From contig JBGPIA010000006.1 of NCBI GenBank assembly GCA_041484665.1, positions 96,001 to 160,000 of the forward strand: a stretch of DNA of 64,000 nucleotides, read 5' to 3'. Of the stretch, positions 28,864-40,200 are shown piece by piece (the first letter of the stretch is position 1; the number at the start of each line of letters is the position of its first letter). The position numbers and the translations under genes are program-made. The DNA is from Candidatus Krumholzibacteriia bacterium. Lineage in GTDB: Bacteria; Krumholzibacteriota; Krumholzibacteriia; JAJRXK01. The notes below the pieces were generated by a model that was not told where the DNA came from, did not search any database, and saw nothing but the letters and a program-made list of their open reading frames with translations.

Positions 28864-31800
28864 GTGATGACGTGGACGCTCCGGGCTCGCAGCGGGCGAC
28901 GCGTGTGGCACGCGCTGCTTGCATTGCTGGGAGCCCTTCTCCTGCTCGCTCTTGCTTCGACGCGTACCCGCGCCGGCCTCTCGCCCATCCAGGACGCTCT
29001 CGCGATCGTCCTCGACCCGGCCACCGGACAGCACGTGGGCCAGGCCGCACCCAACGTCCCGTTCAATGTGTACGTCGTGGCCGACAGCCTCGGCGGCACC
29101 GAGATGAGCGCCTGCCAGCTCGGCGTCGAGATCGACCCGCGCTTCTACATCGTCAGCAAGACCTTCCATCCGCAGGTCGTCTTCGTCGACGAGTACGTTC
29201 CGGGTGACTTCTATCTGGGCTTCGGCAGGCCGCTGGGCAACTGGCAGCAGCCCAAGATCCTGATCACGCTGAGCTTGATGTTGAAGTCCGAGTACGCCGG
29301 GGCCAACGACCTCCGGGTGAGCCTGCGCCCGCACACCACCGGGCAGCCCTTGCGCTGGGCGTGGTTTCCCGGGACGTCGTTCTGGTACGACTTCGTCGAC
29401 GCGGGCGGTGCGGTGCTGAATCCCTCCGGACCGCAGATCACCACGTTCGCCGCCGGGCCGCGCTGGCTGGTCGAGGCGCGGCCGCTGCTGCTGGAGTGGG
29501 GCACGTACAACGCGAGCACGGTGCTGCTGGACGGGCAAGCCGTCGATGCACAGGGCAGCCTGCGTCTGACCCCGGCCGCCTCGACCACGTATACCCTGCA
29601 GGTTGATCCGGGCGGCGCCGCGCTGGAGCGGAGCGTCTCGGTCGAGGTCGTGCGCCAGCCGCGCATCCTGGAGTTCAGCGCCAATCCCCCGCATCCGGCG
29701 ATCGGGGACACCGTCCAGATCCAGTGGGAGGTGCGCGGCGCGGATGAGGTGCGCCTCCAGCCGGGCAACGTCACCGTCGGGCCCATCAGCGCGCTGCAGC
29801 AGGTGCTGGTGAGCCCCACGCAGTTCGTGCTGGCCGCCCAAAATGAGTGGGGGCAGTCGATCGAGGTGCTGGAGTTCGGCTTCAGCGGCCTGCCGGTCAT
29901 CGAGGAGCTGCGTGCCGAGCCGGTCCCGGTGGACCGCAACGCGCCCGCTACGCTGACCTGGCGCGTCACCAACGCCGTCGACGTACGGATCGAGCCCGGC
30001 CTGGTCTCGGTGCCGGCCTACGGGCAAGTGCAGGTGCCCACGGATCACACCGTGACGTACACCATGACCGCCTCCAACGCCGAGGGGACCGTCGACCGGG
30101 AGGTCGAGCTGACGGTGATCCCGGTACGGATCGCGGCGTTCATCGCGGCGTCTCCGCGGGTGTTCCCGGGCGCCGCCGCGCACCTGGTCTACGATCTGCG
30201 CAACGCAACCAGTGCCTGGATCGAACCAGGCGGCCTGCCGATTACTCCGCCGGAGGGGACGATCAGGGTGGTCCCGCCCGCCGACTCCACTTTGTACGTT
30301 CTGCACGCCACCGACGGTGAGACCGAGGTCCGCGCGCAGCAGCTGGTGCGGTGGAAGCCGCCTACGATCACCCAGTTCACCTGGTCCCCTAGCACATGGT
30401 ATGGCGTGAGCGGCGTTCCCTATGGCGGTGAGGCTGAGTTCTACTGGAACATCGATGGGGCGACCTCCGTGCGTCTGGATCCCGGCATCGGCCAGGTAAG
30501 CACCACCACCGGCAGGCAGACCGTGCGCGTCATCGCTTCGGTCACCTACACGCTGACCGCTTCCAACGCGCAGGGCACGGCGACGGAGTCGCGGACGGTA
30601 GCGCCGTCCAAGCCCGTGGTGCGCTTGAGCCTCCCGGGCGGCGCTCCGAACTGGGGAGCACAGTACTCGCTTGCTGCGTCCGCCGACAACGTCACGGGGG
30701 TGCGGCTCACGCCGCGTCCCCCGAGCCCGATCATCGTCGGTGGCCCGCTCTGGTCAGCGACGATCACGGCCCGGGCCGACAGCGTGACGACCTGGAGGCT
30801 GGTCGGGACAACGCCCGTGGACTCCGCATCGGTCACGTTGACGGTCACGCCCGCGGGGGGCCCCGTCACCACTCTTACTACGGTCCCTGCCTGGATCCCG
30901 GAGGGCGGCAGCAGTGTGCTCTCCTGGTCGGCCGCGCTGGCGGATTCGGTGCTGATCGAGCCGTTGCATCTGCGCAGCCGCTCACTGACGGGCCAGGTCA
31001 CGGTCAGCCCGCTGGGCTCCACCACCTATACGCTGCGGGTTTACTTCCGCGACATCGTCATCGCCAACACCGCAACGGTCACCGTCCAGCGGCCGATGGT
31101 GAGCCTCACTGCGGTCCCCGCTAGTCCGCTGGAAGGGGCGCTGTACCGTCTGGAAGTGCGCATCGCCTGGGCGGCGGGCGCACGACTGGATCCCACGCCC
31201 GGTGTGATCCAGCCGCGGAACTGGGATATCAATGAGCGTGCGGATGTTACCACGACGTGGCGCCTGGCAGCCTGGAGCGCCGGGGACACGGCGCGAACCA
31301 CACTGACCGTCGTGCCTATGATCGCACCGCCCACGATCAAGCGCTGGGCGGCGTCGCCCAGCGTCATCGCTCCCGGCGACTCGGCCACGTTGTCGTGGGA
31401 TGTCGCCCCTTGCGACTCGATCCGCATCAAGCCCATCAACGTCCACAGCACCGCGAAGACCGGGACCGCGCGCGTTGCGCCGAATCAGACCACGGTGTAC
31501 ACGCTCTTTGCGTATCGCGGTCCATACACGGTGCAGGCACAGACGACTGTCGCGATCAGCCTGCCCGCGATCCAGGTATTCCGCGCCGATCCCGCCACGA
31601 TCCACCGCGGAGAGAGCGCGACGCTGCGCTGGACCGTCGTTCCTCCGCAAGCGCAGGTCGTGCTGGTGGATCACGGCACGGTGGCCGCCACGGACAGCCT
31701 GCGGGTCACTCCGTTCAACACCACCGACTATATCCTGCGCGCGACCTACCTGGCCATGCAGGTCCAGCGCGGCGTGCACGTGGAGGTGACCGAGCCCGGA

Positions 31801-32814
31801 CCGCCCACTGAGGAGCTCCGGCTGGTCTCCGACCCCGTGACGCTTCATTCGTCTATCGACAACATCGTGCCGTGGGTGCCGTTCGACGTCTACGCGGTGG
31901 CGGTGCATCCGTCCGCGCCCACCGCGGCGTTCGGCCTGCGCGTGGAGTGGCCACCCTGCTTCGTGCTTGAATCGGTGGACCTCCCGCATGGCGGCCTCAA
32001 CTTCGCGCACGCTCCCGATTACATCGTGGGATTTAGCGACTGCGCGCCCGCCGACTCGGTGCTGGTCCTGGCGCGCTGGACGCTGGTGCCCGTCAGCGCT
32101 CCCGGGGACTCGTGCCTCGATCACGCGCACGTCGTGGAGCCCGGACCACCCGCGGTCACCGGTAATTTCGCGCTGGAGTCCTGTAGTACCTACACCCTGC
32201 GTCCATTCACCACCGTGCACGGGATCACGCTCGCGGCATCGGGAGGCACGATCCATCCGCAGGAGCTGCGCGCGGTGGAGCTGTCGGCAGAGCCACTGGC
32301 CGCAGCGATCGCCGTCCGGTGGCGCGTGGACTCCACGCTGCCGCTCTGGGGTCTGGATCTGTACCGCAGTGCGCAAGGCGGCCCTTTCCTGCCGCGGACC
32401 GCGCTGTCGGGCGTCGCGGGATCCTGGATCGACGCGGACGTCACCGTGGGGATCGAATACCGCTACCGCCTCATTGCACGCACCGAGCGCGGAGGCCGCT
32501 GGAGCGGGACGGCGACGGTCATTGCGGTGGACGGATTCGCCACACGGCTGTTGGCCAACGTGCCCAACCCGTTCAATCCGATGACGGAGATCCAGTTCGA
32601 GGTCGGGGCGCCGGGCCGGGCCGAGCTGGCGATCTTCGATCTCGCGGGCCGGCGAGTCCGCGCCGTGGCGCTGGATCTGCCCCAGGCCGGGCGATCCTCG
32701 TGGACCTGGAACGGCCTCGATGACCGCGCCGTCCCCGTCGGCAGCGGAGTGTACGTCGTGCGCCTGGACTCGCCGATCGGAGCGGACACCCGGCGCATCG
32801 CCCTGATCCGCTGA
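28864..32814 (+). CDS. Large secreted protein: about 10 tandem Ig/PKD-like repeats flanked by two related domains, C-terminal FlgD-Ig domain
   Basis: Signal peptide; repeated P.I..F.A.P...L.W...TTYTL modules; PFNVYVVA and PFDVYAVA domains; C-terminal NVPNPFNP...WNGLDD..GSGVY. Confidence 0.85.
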   Translation: MMTWTLRARSGRRVWHALLALLGALLLLALASTRTRAGLSPIQDALAIVLDPATGQHVGQAAPNVPFNVYVVADSLGGTEMSACQLGVEIDPRFYIVSKTFHPQVVFVDEYVPGDFYLGFGRPLGNWQQPKILITLSLMLKSEYAGANDLRVSLRPHTTGQPLRWAWFPGTSFWYDFVDAGGAVLNPSGPQITTFAAGPRWLVEARPLLLEWGTYNASTVLLDGQAVDAQGSLRLTPAASTTYTLQVDPGGAALERSVSVEVVRQPRILEFSANPPHPAIGDTVQIQWEVRGADEVRLQPGNVTVGPISALQQVLVSPTQFVLAAQNEWGQSIEVLEFGFSGLPVIEELRAEPVPVDRNAPATLTWRVTNAVDVRIEPGLVSVPAYGQVQVPTDHTVTYTMTASNAEGTVDREVELTVIPVRIAAFIAASPRVFPGAAAHLVYDLRNATSAWIEPGGLPITPPEGTIRVVPPADSTLYVLHATDGETEVRAQQLVRWKPPTITQFTWSPSTWYGVSGVPYGGEAEFYWNIDGATSVRLDPGIGQVSTTTGRQTVRVIASVTYTLTASNAQGTATESRTVAPSKPVVRLSLPGGAPNWGAQYSLAASADNVTGVRLTPRPPSPIIVGGPLWSATITARADSVTTWRLVGTTPVDSASVTLTVTPAGGPVTTLTTVPAWIPEGGSSVLSWSAALADSVLIEPLHLRSRSLTGQVTVSPLGSTTYTLRVYFRDIVIANTATVTVQRPMVSLTAVPASPLEGALYRLEVRIAWAAGARLDPTPGVIQPRNWDINERADVTTTWRLAAWSAGDTARTTLTVVPMIAPPTIKRWAASPSVIAPGDSATLSWDVAPCDSIRIKPINVHSTAKTGTARVAPNQTTVYTLFAYRGPYTVQAQTTVAISLPAIQVFRADPATIHRGESATLRWTVVPPQAQVVLVDHGTVAATDSLRVTPFNTTDYILRATYLAMQVQRGVHVEVTEPGPPTEELRLVSDPVTLHSSIDNIVPWVPFDVYAVAVHPSAPTAAFGLRVEWPPCFVLESVDLPHGGLNFAHAPDYIVGFSDCAPADSVLVLARWTLVPVSAPGDSCLDHAHVVEPGPPAVTGNFALESCSTYTLRPFTTVHGITLAASGGTIHPQELRAVELSAEPLAAAIAVRWRVDSTLPLWGLDLYRSAQGGPFLPRTALSGVAGSWIDADVTVGIEYRYRLIARTERGGRWSGTATVIAVDGFATRLLANVPNPFNPMTEIQFEVGAPGRAELAIFDLAGRRVRAVALDLPQAGRSSWTWNGLDDRAVPVGSGVYVVRLDSPIGADTRRIALIR

Positions 32815-33117
32815 TATGGAACGACCCTAGGACTGCGAGGCGGTCGTTCCATACTGACGAGCGCGGGCATCAGGGCATGCGGGCGCCCCCGCGGAGACGC
32901 GGGGACGTGTGGGGGCGCCGGGCGCGCGGGGAGCGCGCCCGCGCCCCCGTCGGACTGCGAGAGTGGAGCTGTGGCCCTGCGCCCGGCCCCTGGTCCAGGG
33001 CGGCGGAGTGGGGTACACTCGGCCCTGTCCTGAGCGGCTGCTCTTCCCCGCTTCTCCCTCCTTGGCGGCTGGAAGGGACGCCTCCGCGCGTGTCCCCCAA
33101 CACAGACAGAGGACGCC

Positions 33118-34071
33118 ATGCACCGTGCCGATCGCACCACTGGAATTCGCCATGGCGGCGCCGCGCTGCGCGCGACCGCCGCGTTCCTGACCCTCGTCGC
33201 CATCCTGACCGCAGCCGTCGTCCCGCAACCGGCACGTGCGGTCGCGATTGGATTCATCGAGCGCTTCCAGTCATCCGGAGTCGCGGGCTTTCTGTCGGGA
33301 AGCACCCTCTCCAATCCGGGAACGGGTGGCGCCGACGGCGCCGGGGATGGCTACCTGCTGGTGGCGACCGCGCCGCCCCTCAATTACTTCCTCGGCGCGT
33401 TCAACACCGCTCCGAGGTATGCCGGCAATCTGGTGGCCGCCGGGATCACGCGGATGCGGCTCAAGCTCAAGGACGTCGGACCCACGCAGGCCATGGAGAT
33501 CCATGTGACCGTCGGCACCAGCGTGAACCGTTGGCAGTACAACGTGGGATTCGTGCCGACGCCCAGCGCGTGGACCACCTTCGAGGCAGACCTCACCGAC
33601 AGCACAAGGTGGACGCAATTCATCAATCTGGTGCCGGGCACGTTCACGCAGGCCAAGCAGACCCACGACCGCTTCCACTTCCGGCACGATACGGCGCCGT
33701 ATACGTTTTTTGCCGACTCGATCGTGGCCGACGTGGGCGTAGACGACGTCGAGATGCTCAACGCGTTGAGCGACGCGCCGCCCTCGCCCTCGACCCGTGG
33801 GCTGGCGCTGAGCGTTGCGCCCAACCCCTTCAACCCGCGCGCCACGATCGCCTTCAGCCTGCCGGAGCCTGCCAACGTGCGGCTGGAGGTGTATGATGCG
33901 GCGGGGCGCAAGGTGCGCACCCTGCTGGCGGAGCAGCGCGCAGCCGGCGACCAGTCGATGCACTGGGATGGCCGCGACGACGCAGGGCGGCCGGCGGCCT
34001 CGGGCAGTTACCTGGTCCGTCTGCAAGCGGGGCAGCTCGTTTTGCAAGCGAAGGCGACTCTGCTGCAGTAG
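33118..34071 (+). CDS. Secreted protein with C-terminal FlgD-Ig domain
   Basis: Signal peptide (..QPARA); APNPFNP...WDGRDDAGRPAASGSY; RBS GAGGA. Confidence 0.85.
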   Translation: MHRADRTTGIRHGGAALRATAAFLTLVAILTAAVVPQPARAVAIGFIERFQSSGVAGFLSGSTLSNPGTGGADGAGDGYLLVATAPPLNYFLGAFNTAPRYAGNLVAAGITRMRLKLKDVGPTQAMEIHVTVGTSVNRWQYNVGFVPTPSAWTTFEADLTDSTRWTQFINLVPGTFTQAKQTHDRFHFRHDTAPYTFFADSIVADVGVDDVEMLNALSDAPPSPSTRGLALSVAPNPFNPRATIAFSLPEPANVRLEVYDAAGRKVRTLLAEQRAAGDQSMHWDGRDDAGRPAASGSYLVRLQAGQLVLQAKATLLQ

Positions 34072-34268
34072 GCTGCAGTCGCAGGAAACGCGTGGTCGCA
34101 GCGCTTGGCCCGGTGTCGGCGCGTGCCGGCGCGCGCTGATTCGTGCAGGTGTGCGCTACCCGGAACAGGCACGCGCCGGCATGAGACAGGCGCTCGGCGG
34201 CACGGGACAGCCGTGTGTCGGCACGAGTCAGACATGCGCCGTCACTTCGGACCTGGGATGGGGGGACG

Positions 34269-34553
34269 ATGCTTCGGAGCTTCTGGACCGTCTTCGCAGC
34301 GCTGTTTCTGGCGGAGCTGGGCGACAAGACCCAGCTCGCCGTTCTCGCCTTCGCGTCGAGCTCCTCGCGGTGGATCGTCTTCGCGGCGGCATCGCTCGCG
34401 CTCACGGCATCCACGGGGCTCGCCGTGCTGGTGGGACGGGCGCTGGGCACAGTCGTGCCCGCCGCGTGGCTACGCGTCGGCGCCGCCGCACTGTTCCTGG
34501 TGGTGGGCGCCGTCACGCTGATCGACGCGTTACCTGAGGCGTTGAGGCGCTGA
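34269..34553 (+). CDS. TMEM165/GDT1 (UPF0016) family, half-size single-repeat protein
   Basis: AELGDKTQL signature; 3 TM segments; 94 aa. Confidence 0.9.
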   Translation: MLRSFWTVFAALFLAELGDKTQLAVLAFASSSSRWIVFAAASLALTASTGLAVLVGRALGTVVPAAWLRVGAAALFLVVGAVTLIDALPEALRR

Positions 34554-34581
34554 CCGCTCGGCGCATCGGGCGTTTCCGGCG

Positions 34582-34671
34582 CTCGCAGCATTCGCAGTGT
34601 TCGCACTGTTCGAAGCGTTCGAGGCATTCGCAGCGTTCGTGGCGTTCGCGGTGTTCGCGGTGTTGGCGGCA
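34582..34671. repeat. 9-bp intergenic tandem repeat (TTCGCRGYR-like), 10 units
   Basis: ctcgcagca ttcgcagtg ttcgcactg ttcgaagcg ttcgaggca ttcgcagcg ttcgtggcg ttcgcggtg ttcgcggtg ttggcggca. Confidence 0.85.
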
Positions 34672-34703
34672 ATCCGGTCGCTCAACCCCTGGAGGCGCTT
34701 GCA

Positions 34704-37037
34704 GTGAGAAGACTCGCCGCTCTCTTCGCTGGGTCGGCCTCTGTCGCTCTCTGCGCGGCGATGTGCGCGCTGGCAGTCCCTCCGGCGCGGGCCGGCGATG
34801 GACCGGCCACCGGACTGGACGCGGCACTCCAGAACACCCTCGCCGGCCTCGACCCCGACGCGGTGCCCACCGGCATCCTCTACGACCGGGTGCTGCCGAT
34901 GTCGGGCCTCGCGCAACACAGCGGCCAGGCGGCCGAACGGCCTGTCACCGCGGGAGAGTGGCGGCAGATGCTCTTCGAGCTCACCCGCGCTTCGCGCGTC
35001 GTTGCAGGATGGCCGGTCGTGGACCAGTTGCGCGAGGAGGCGCGGGCGGCGCGCACCGACGGAATCGTCCCCTTGGCAGTGCTGGACGTCGCCTACAGCC
35101 GGATCCGACCGGACGCGATGGAAAGGGGCCTGCTCTACCGGGAAGGCGCGCAGCTTCGCCCCACCCCTGGCCTCCCACAGCGCGAGCTGTACGTGCAAGC
35201 GCGGGCGTTTGCCGCCGCCGCGCTCGTGGAGGAAGCCTATGCTGGAGCCCAGGTCGCCTTCGTGCTGCCGCAGCGCCTCTACGTGGGCGATGGCACTGCC
35301 CTGGGGAGCGCGCCGGCCGTCGGCAATCCTACGGGTTCGGAAGAGGCGCGCCCGCGCATCGCGCGCATCGAGCTCGACGCCGCCGACGGGCGCGGATGGC
35401 GGCCGCTGCGCTGGAGCGAGCCGGCCGTCGTTCGCTACAGCACGACTGGCAGCAAGAGGCTGCGGCTGCGGGTGACGCGCGCGGATGGCGCTGTGTTGCA
35501 GAGCGCGTTCGTCTTCGTGGTGCGGACCCTGGTGACGCCTCCGCCGACTGCGACCTGGCCGCTGACCGCCACCAGCGCGTATCAGGGCGTCTACGGCACG
35601 GGGCAGGCCTACGTTTACCTGGCGGACGGTCACGCCACGGTGACCAACCCCGTGGTCGCCGTGGAGGGATTCGATCTCGACAACACGATGAACTGGCCCG
35701 AGTTGTATGCGCTTCTGAACCAGGAGGGCCTGCTCGAGACGCTGCGGGCGGACGGCTACGACGCGGTCGTGCTCAACTTCACCGAGTCGACCGATTTCAT
35801 TCAACGCAACGCCATGGTGCTGGTGGAGCTGATCCAGGAGGTGCAGGCCGCGGCCGGCGCGCACGACCTGGCGGTGGTCGGCGCGAGCATGGGCGGGTTG
35901 GTCGCGCGGTACGCGCTGGCCTACATGGAGACGCACGGGCAGGTCGATCACGTTCGCAACTTCATCTCGTTCGACGGAGCGCAGGGCGGTGCCAACATTC
36001 CGCTGGGGCTGCAGTACTGGCTGGACTTCTTCAAGGGTCAGTCGACCGAGGCTGCCCACCTGCTCGGCCGCCTCGACACGCCGGCCGCGCGGCAGATGCT
36101 CGTGTATCATCACACCAGTCTGCCCGGAACGACGGGCCAGAGCGATGCCCTGCGCGGCTCTCTGCAGGCTGACCTCGCCGCGGTGGGCGATTGGCCCCAG
36201 GCGTCGCGCAAGGTCGGCGTTGCCAACGGCAGCGGCGCCCGTGCCGACCAGGGGTACGGCGCGGGGGCCCAGCTCATCTCGTACGAGTACACGAGCTTCC
36301 TGGTGAATATCACCGGCAACGTGTGGGCCGTTCCCAGCGCGGCGAGCCTGCGGATCTTCCAGGGGATCATCGATGTGATCTGGCCGTTCCCGGACAGCTC
36401 GATGTCGGCTACTGTCACCGGCACGCGCCCGTGGGACAACGCGCCGGGCGGTTACCGCGCGTCCATGGCGCAGATGGACACCACGAGCGTTCCGTATGGG
36501 GACATCGTGGCGCTGCACGACAACCACTGCTTCATCCCCACCATCAGCGCGCTCGCCCTGGCCACCGACGATCCGTTCTTCGATATCGCCGGCGCTCCCG
36601 ATCTGCTCGCGCTGACGCCGTTTGACGCGGTCTATTTCCCGGCGGCCAACCAGGAGCACGTCACGGTGACGCCGGAGAATCGCGACTGGCTGCTGGCGGA
36701 GATCCGCCGCGCGCCGACCGCGGTTCCGATCGGTCCGATCGTCACAGCCGCACTCCCAACGCGGCCCGTGCTGTATGGCAGCTACCCCAATCCGTTCAAT
36801 CCCAGCACTACGCTGCGCTTCAGCGTGCCGACCGCCGGCCCGGTGCAGCTTTCGATCTACGACGCGCGGGGGCAGCGGGTCGCGACGCTGGTGGACGAAG
36901 TGGTTTCCGGGGGTGTGCATGAGCTGGTGTGGCGCGGAGTGGACGATCGCGGGCGAGCCGTGGCGTCGGGGGTCTACCGGACGGTGCTGCGGGCGACCCA
37001 GGGGGAGGCGACGCGATCGCTCGCGGTGGTGCGGTGA
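34704..37037 (+). CDS. Secreted alpha/beta hydrolase (lipase/esterase-like) with C-terminal FlgD-Ig domain
   Basis: Signal peptide; VEGFD, VVGASMGGLVARYAL (GxSxG), HCFIPTISAL; YPNPFNP...WRGVDD..ASGVY. Confidence 0.88.
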   Translation: MRRLAALFAGSASVALCAAMCALAVPPARAGDGPATGLDAALQNTLAGLDPDAVPTGILYDRVLPMSGLAQHSGQAAERPVTAGEWRQMLFELTRASRVVAGWPVVDQLREEARAARTDGIVPLAVLDVAYSRIRPDAMERGLLYREGAQLRPTPGLPQRELYVQARAFAAAALVEEAYAGAQVAFVLPQRLYVGDGTALGSAPAVGNPTGSEEARPRIARIELDAADGRGWRPLRWSEPAVVRYSTTGSKRLRLRVTRADGAVLQSAFVFVVRTLVTPPPTATWPLTATSAYQGVYGTGQAYVYLADGHATVTNPVVAVEGFDLDNTMNWPELYALLNQEGLLETLRADGYDAVVLNFTESTDFIQRNAMVLVELIQEVQAAAGAHDLAVVGASMGGLVARYALAYMETHGQVDHVRNFISFDGAQGGANIPLGLQYWLDFFKGQSTEAAHLLGRLDTPAARQMLVYHHTSLPGTTGQSDALRGSLQADLAAVGDWPQASRKVGVANGSGARADQGYGAGAQLISYEYTSFLVNITGNVWAVPSAASLRIFQGIIDVIWPFPDSSMSATVTGTRPWDNAPGGYRASMAQMDTTSVPYGDIVALHDNHCFIPTISALALATDDPFFDIAGAPDLLALTPFDAVYFPAANQEHVTVTPENRDWLLAEIRRAPTAVPIGPIVTAALPTRPVLYGSYPNPFNPSTTLRFSVPTAGPVQLSIYDARGQRVATLVDEVVSGGVHELVWRGVDDRGRAVASGVYRTVLRATQGEATRSLAVVR

Positions 37038-37038
37038 G

Positions 37039-37248
37039 GTGGAGGGCGGCGGGGCGCTCGTGGCCTGCGTGGTGATGCCGGCACGGGCAGCGTACGTTGT
37101 ACGCTGGCTCGTGATGGATGGCTGTGGCCCCGTACAGACCTGCGGTGCTTCCTACACCCTGACCACCACAATCGGCCAGTCGCAGGCGGGGATGCTGGGC
37201 GGGGCTGCGGCCGATGGTATTGCGATCGACGCCGAAGCTCGAGGATGA
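37039..37248 (+). pseudogene. Truncated or degenerate small secreted protein of the W..DGGG..YTL..TIGQ..AG type
   Basis: ARAAYVVRWLVMDGCGPVQTCGASYTLTTTIGQSQAGMLGG followed by an early stop. Confidence 0.4.
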
Positions 37249-37264
37249 CTTTCGGCCGCAGCCG

Positions 37265-40200
37265 TCAGCGCGCCAGCACCACCTTGCGCACGTCCGTCAC
37301 GTCACGGCCCTGCAGGCGCACCGCGTAGACACCGCTGGCCACGGCGGCGCCGCGGTCGTCGGTCCCGTCCCAAACCACTTGCTGCCGGCCGGCGGGGCGG
37401 GTCCCGGACACGAGCGTCGCCACACGTTCGCCGCGCAAGGTGAAGATCGCCAACGTGACATCCTCCGCAGCGGCCAGATCGAATTCGATGGTCGTGCGTG
37501 GGTTGAAGGGGTTGGGATGGACCGCCGCAAGAGCCGTGACCCGCGGCGCAGGCGCGCCCCCCGCCACGTCCGTGGCACCGGAGGAGACCACTAGTTGGTA
37601 GGTGCCCACCAGCGGCAGGTCGGTGGCGCTGCTCTTCCAGACCGCGATGGCGTACGAACCCGCGGTTGAGATGGTCAGACGAGCGGACTCGTCCATGCCG
37701 GGTCCATAGATGTCCTGCAGGCCCTCGGCTACCGCAGTGCTCTTGCTCTGGAACGGCTGGTCAGCGGGGTGCACGGTCATGCCCCAGTTGACCGACCCGG
37801 CGATGTTGATCAGACGCACGTCAAAGGCGCCGATCGGAAAGTAGATTTCGTACAGATCCAGGATGCGTCCCGCCGGCAGCGTGGCCGGCGGCGTAAGCGT
37901 CGCCGGCGCCGTTCCCAGGGTGACCGAGGGCACGTACTCCGCGACGTAGTTGGTCGTTCCAGTAGGCGGCTCGGCGGAGGTCATCCCCACTTCGAACGCG
38001 CGCGGCACGGTGATGCGCTCGTCGACGAGTACGTAGTCGGAGCGATTGATCCCCCACAACGAAGAGCGCAGCGGACTGGCGAAACCACTCTTGGCACCGG
38101 TGCTGCGCTCGTGCAGGTGGACGTCGACATCGCCCGCCAGGGGCATGATGGCGACCGCGCCCCAGTAGCCGTTCCCGGAGGCGTTCCCTTTCACGATCGG
38201 TGTGCGCAAGCCGTCGCAGTCGAACCAGAGCACCTCGCCGGTCGTGACCTGCGACCATCCGCCGGTCCGCGAGCCGGGTGCCCCACGCGACACGGGAGTC
38301 CGCGCAGCGAGCACGGATGGCGTCCAGACCCACTGCTGCCCGTTGGTGTTGTTCGACTCGTCCAGCTCCAGGACTCCATTCCCGGGGTCGGCCAGCATCG
38401 CCAGGGTGTGCCGGCCGCCCGGGATGGTCCAGGCAGTCGTCCAGTTGAGCCAGTTCGAGGAGTGTGGGAAGGCCGAGTCCCAGTAGAGCCACCAGCCGTA
38501 GACCCCGTCGAGGTAGAGGTTCGTGAAAAAGGCGGGCGCCACGGCCGGGCTCTCGTTGCGCACGACGACGTTGAAATAGGTCGACGCCACGTCTCCCGGC
38601 AGTGACCCGGGCTGCGGCACGGAGAGCAGAGTGCCGCTGGGCGTCGGCTCTGGCACCAAGGGCGCGTACCACCCTGGGAAGCCAATCGTGCTGGCCTGGT
38701 AATCGGGCGGCGTCGTCCGCACGCTCATCGAGAGGGTGAAGGGCGCCGTGCCGTTCACCGGATCGCGGGAGAGCGCCAGGCAGTAGAACCCGGCTGTGCC
38801 GGCGGAGACATCCAGGTGCACCGCCGTGCCCGGGGTCACGGCCGCGATGGCCGTGGCGGACGAGAGGCCGCCGGTGGTGAAGCCCTGGTCGTACCACGCG
38901 GCGTAGACCGGCTGCGTCGCCGTCGCTTCCAATGCCAGCGCCGCCGTGACCGGTCCCGGCCCGGGCACGTAGATCTCCCAGAGCTTCAGCATCTCGCCCT
39001 GGCCGAACGCCGTCGCGCCGGAGGCGTTGAACGGCATCTCGGCATTGCCCACCTGGAGCACGCGGGAGTCGCTGCTGCCACCGCTGTAGTTCTCGACCGC
39101 CACGTCCCAGGCGCCCCAGCCCATGGTGTTGCTGTTGACGATCAGCGCGTCCAGCATGCCGCGATTGTGGGCCGAGAACCCGTAGTACGAGGCATCGTAC
39201 CCGCTGGTGCCGCCGCCGGATGCGGGGTAGAGGAACAGATCGTAGTCGTCATTGTTGTCCACCGCTCCGCCCACCAACGCGGTCCACCACGTGACGGGCG
39301 AGTACTGCACCGCGTCGCTGTTGAACCACAGCGGAGATCCGTCAATCACCCAATCCCAGCCCGCGACCCGATTTGGCGGAGCGGCGCGGGAGATCGGCAC
39401 GCCGGCGCCGATGGGAGAGGCCGACCAAGCGTACTGGTGCGCCCACGTGTTGTTGTACTCGTTGCCTTCGGCAATCAGATTGGTTTGATCGTGCCGCACA
39501 CCCAGCGTGTGCCGGCCACCGCGCACGAGGAAGGGGCCGCCATTGTTCCAGCGATAGGGCGTGAACCCAGCGGTCGGTGGCACCAGCGCGCCGGTGGTGT
39601 AAGTGCCGTCGACGTAGATGCCCACCCCGAACCACGATGACGCGGGCAGATCGCCGAAATTGTATCCAGCGACATTGACCCACGTCCCTTCGGGGTCCCC
39701 TTCGTACGCCGGGTGGTTCCCGGGCAGCGACGCGGGCCAGCTGACCGACCCCCACTGCGCGTTGGGGAGCGGGCTGGGGACGACCGCGCCGTACCAATCG
39801 AAGGGGAGATTCCACCCCAGGTCCGCAGGCTCGGGCGGCCGGATGGTCACCGGCCCATACGTGGCATAGTTGGGGCTCCAGCGTCCGGCCCGATCGACCG
39901 CGCGGATGGTGAACCAGTACGCGCCGGCGGGCATGATGCCGCTGTGCCACCCGCCCACGTCGCCGATCTCCGCGGTCTGGTCCGGCGGAGTCAGGCTGAG
40001 CGCGAGCACCACACTGTAGCCACCGATGCCCGAACAATCATCCGGAGCACGCTGCCACGAGAAATCTACGTAGGGGTTCGCGCAGTTGAAGCAGAGGTCG
40101 TGGCTGGGACAGGCCAACGCGGTCGCCACGCCGGGGGGAAACTGGTCCAGCTCGTAGCCGTTGTTCTTGGCGGTCGCCCAGAGCTGCTCGGTGCGCTGTG

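Noticed and set aside
34530..36920. Long antisense or alternate-frame ORFs (here and e.g. 18245-19930, 27329-28867, 39713-41434)
   Set aside because: Shadow ORFs of high-GC genes, Arg/Ala/Pro-rich and without motifs.
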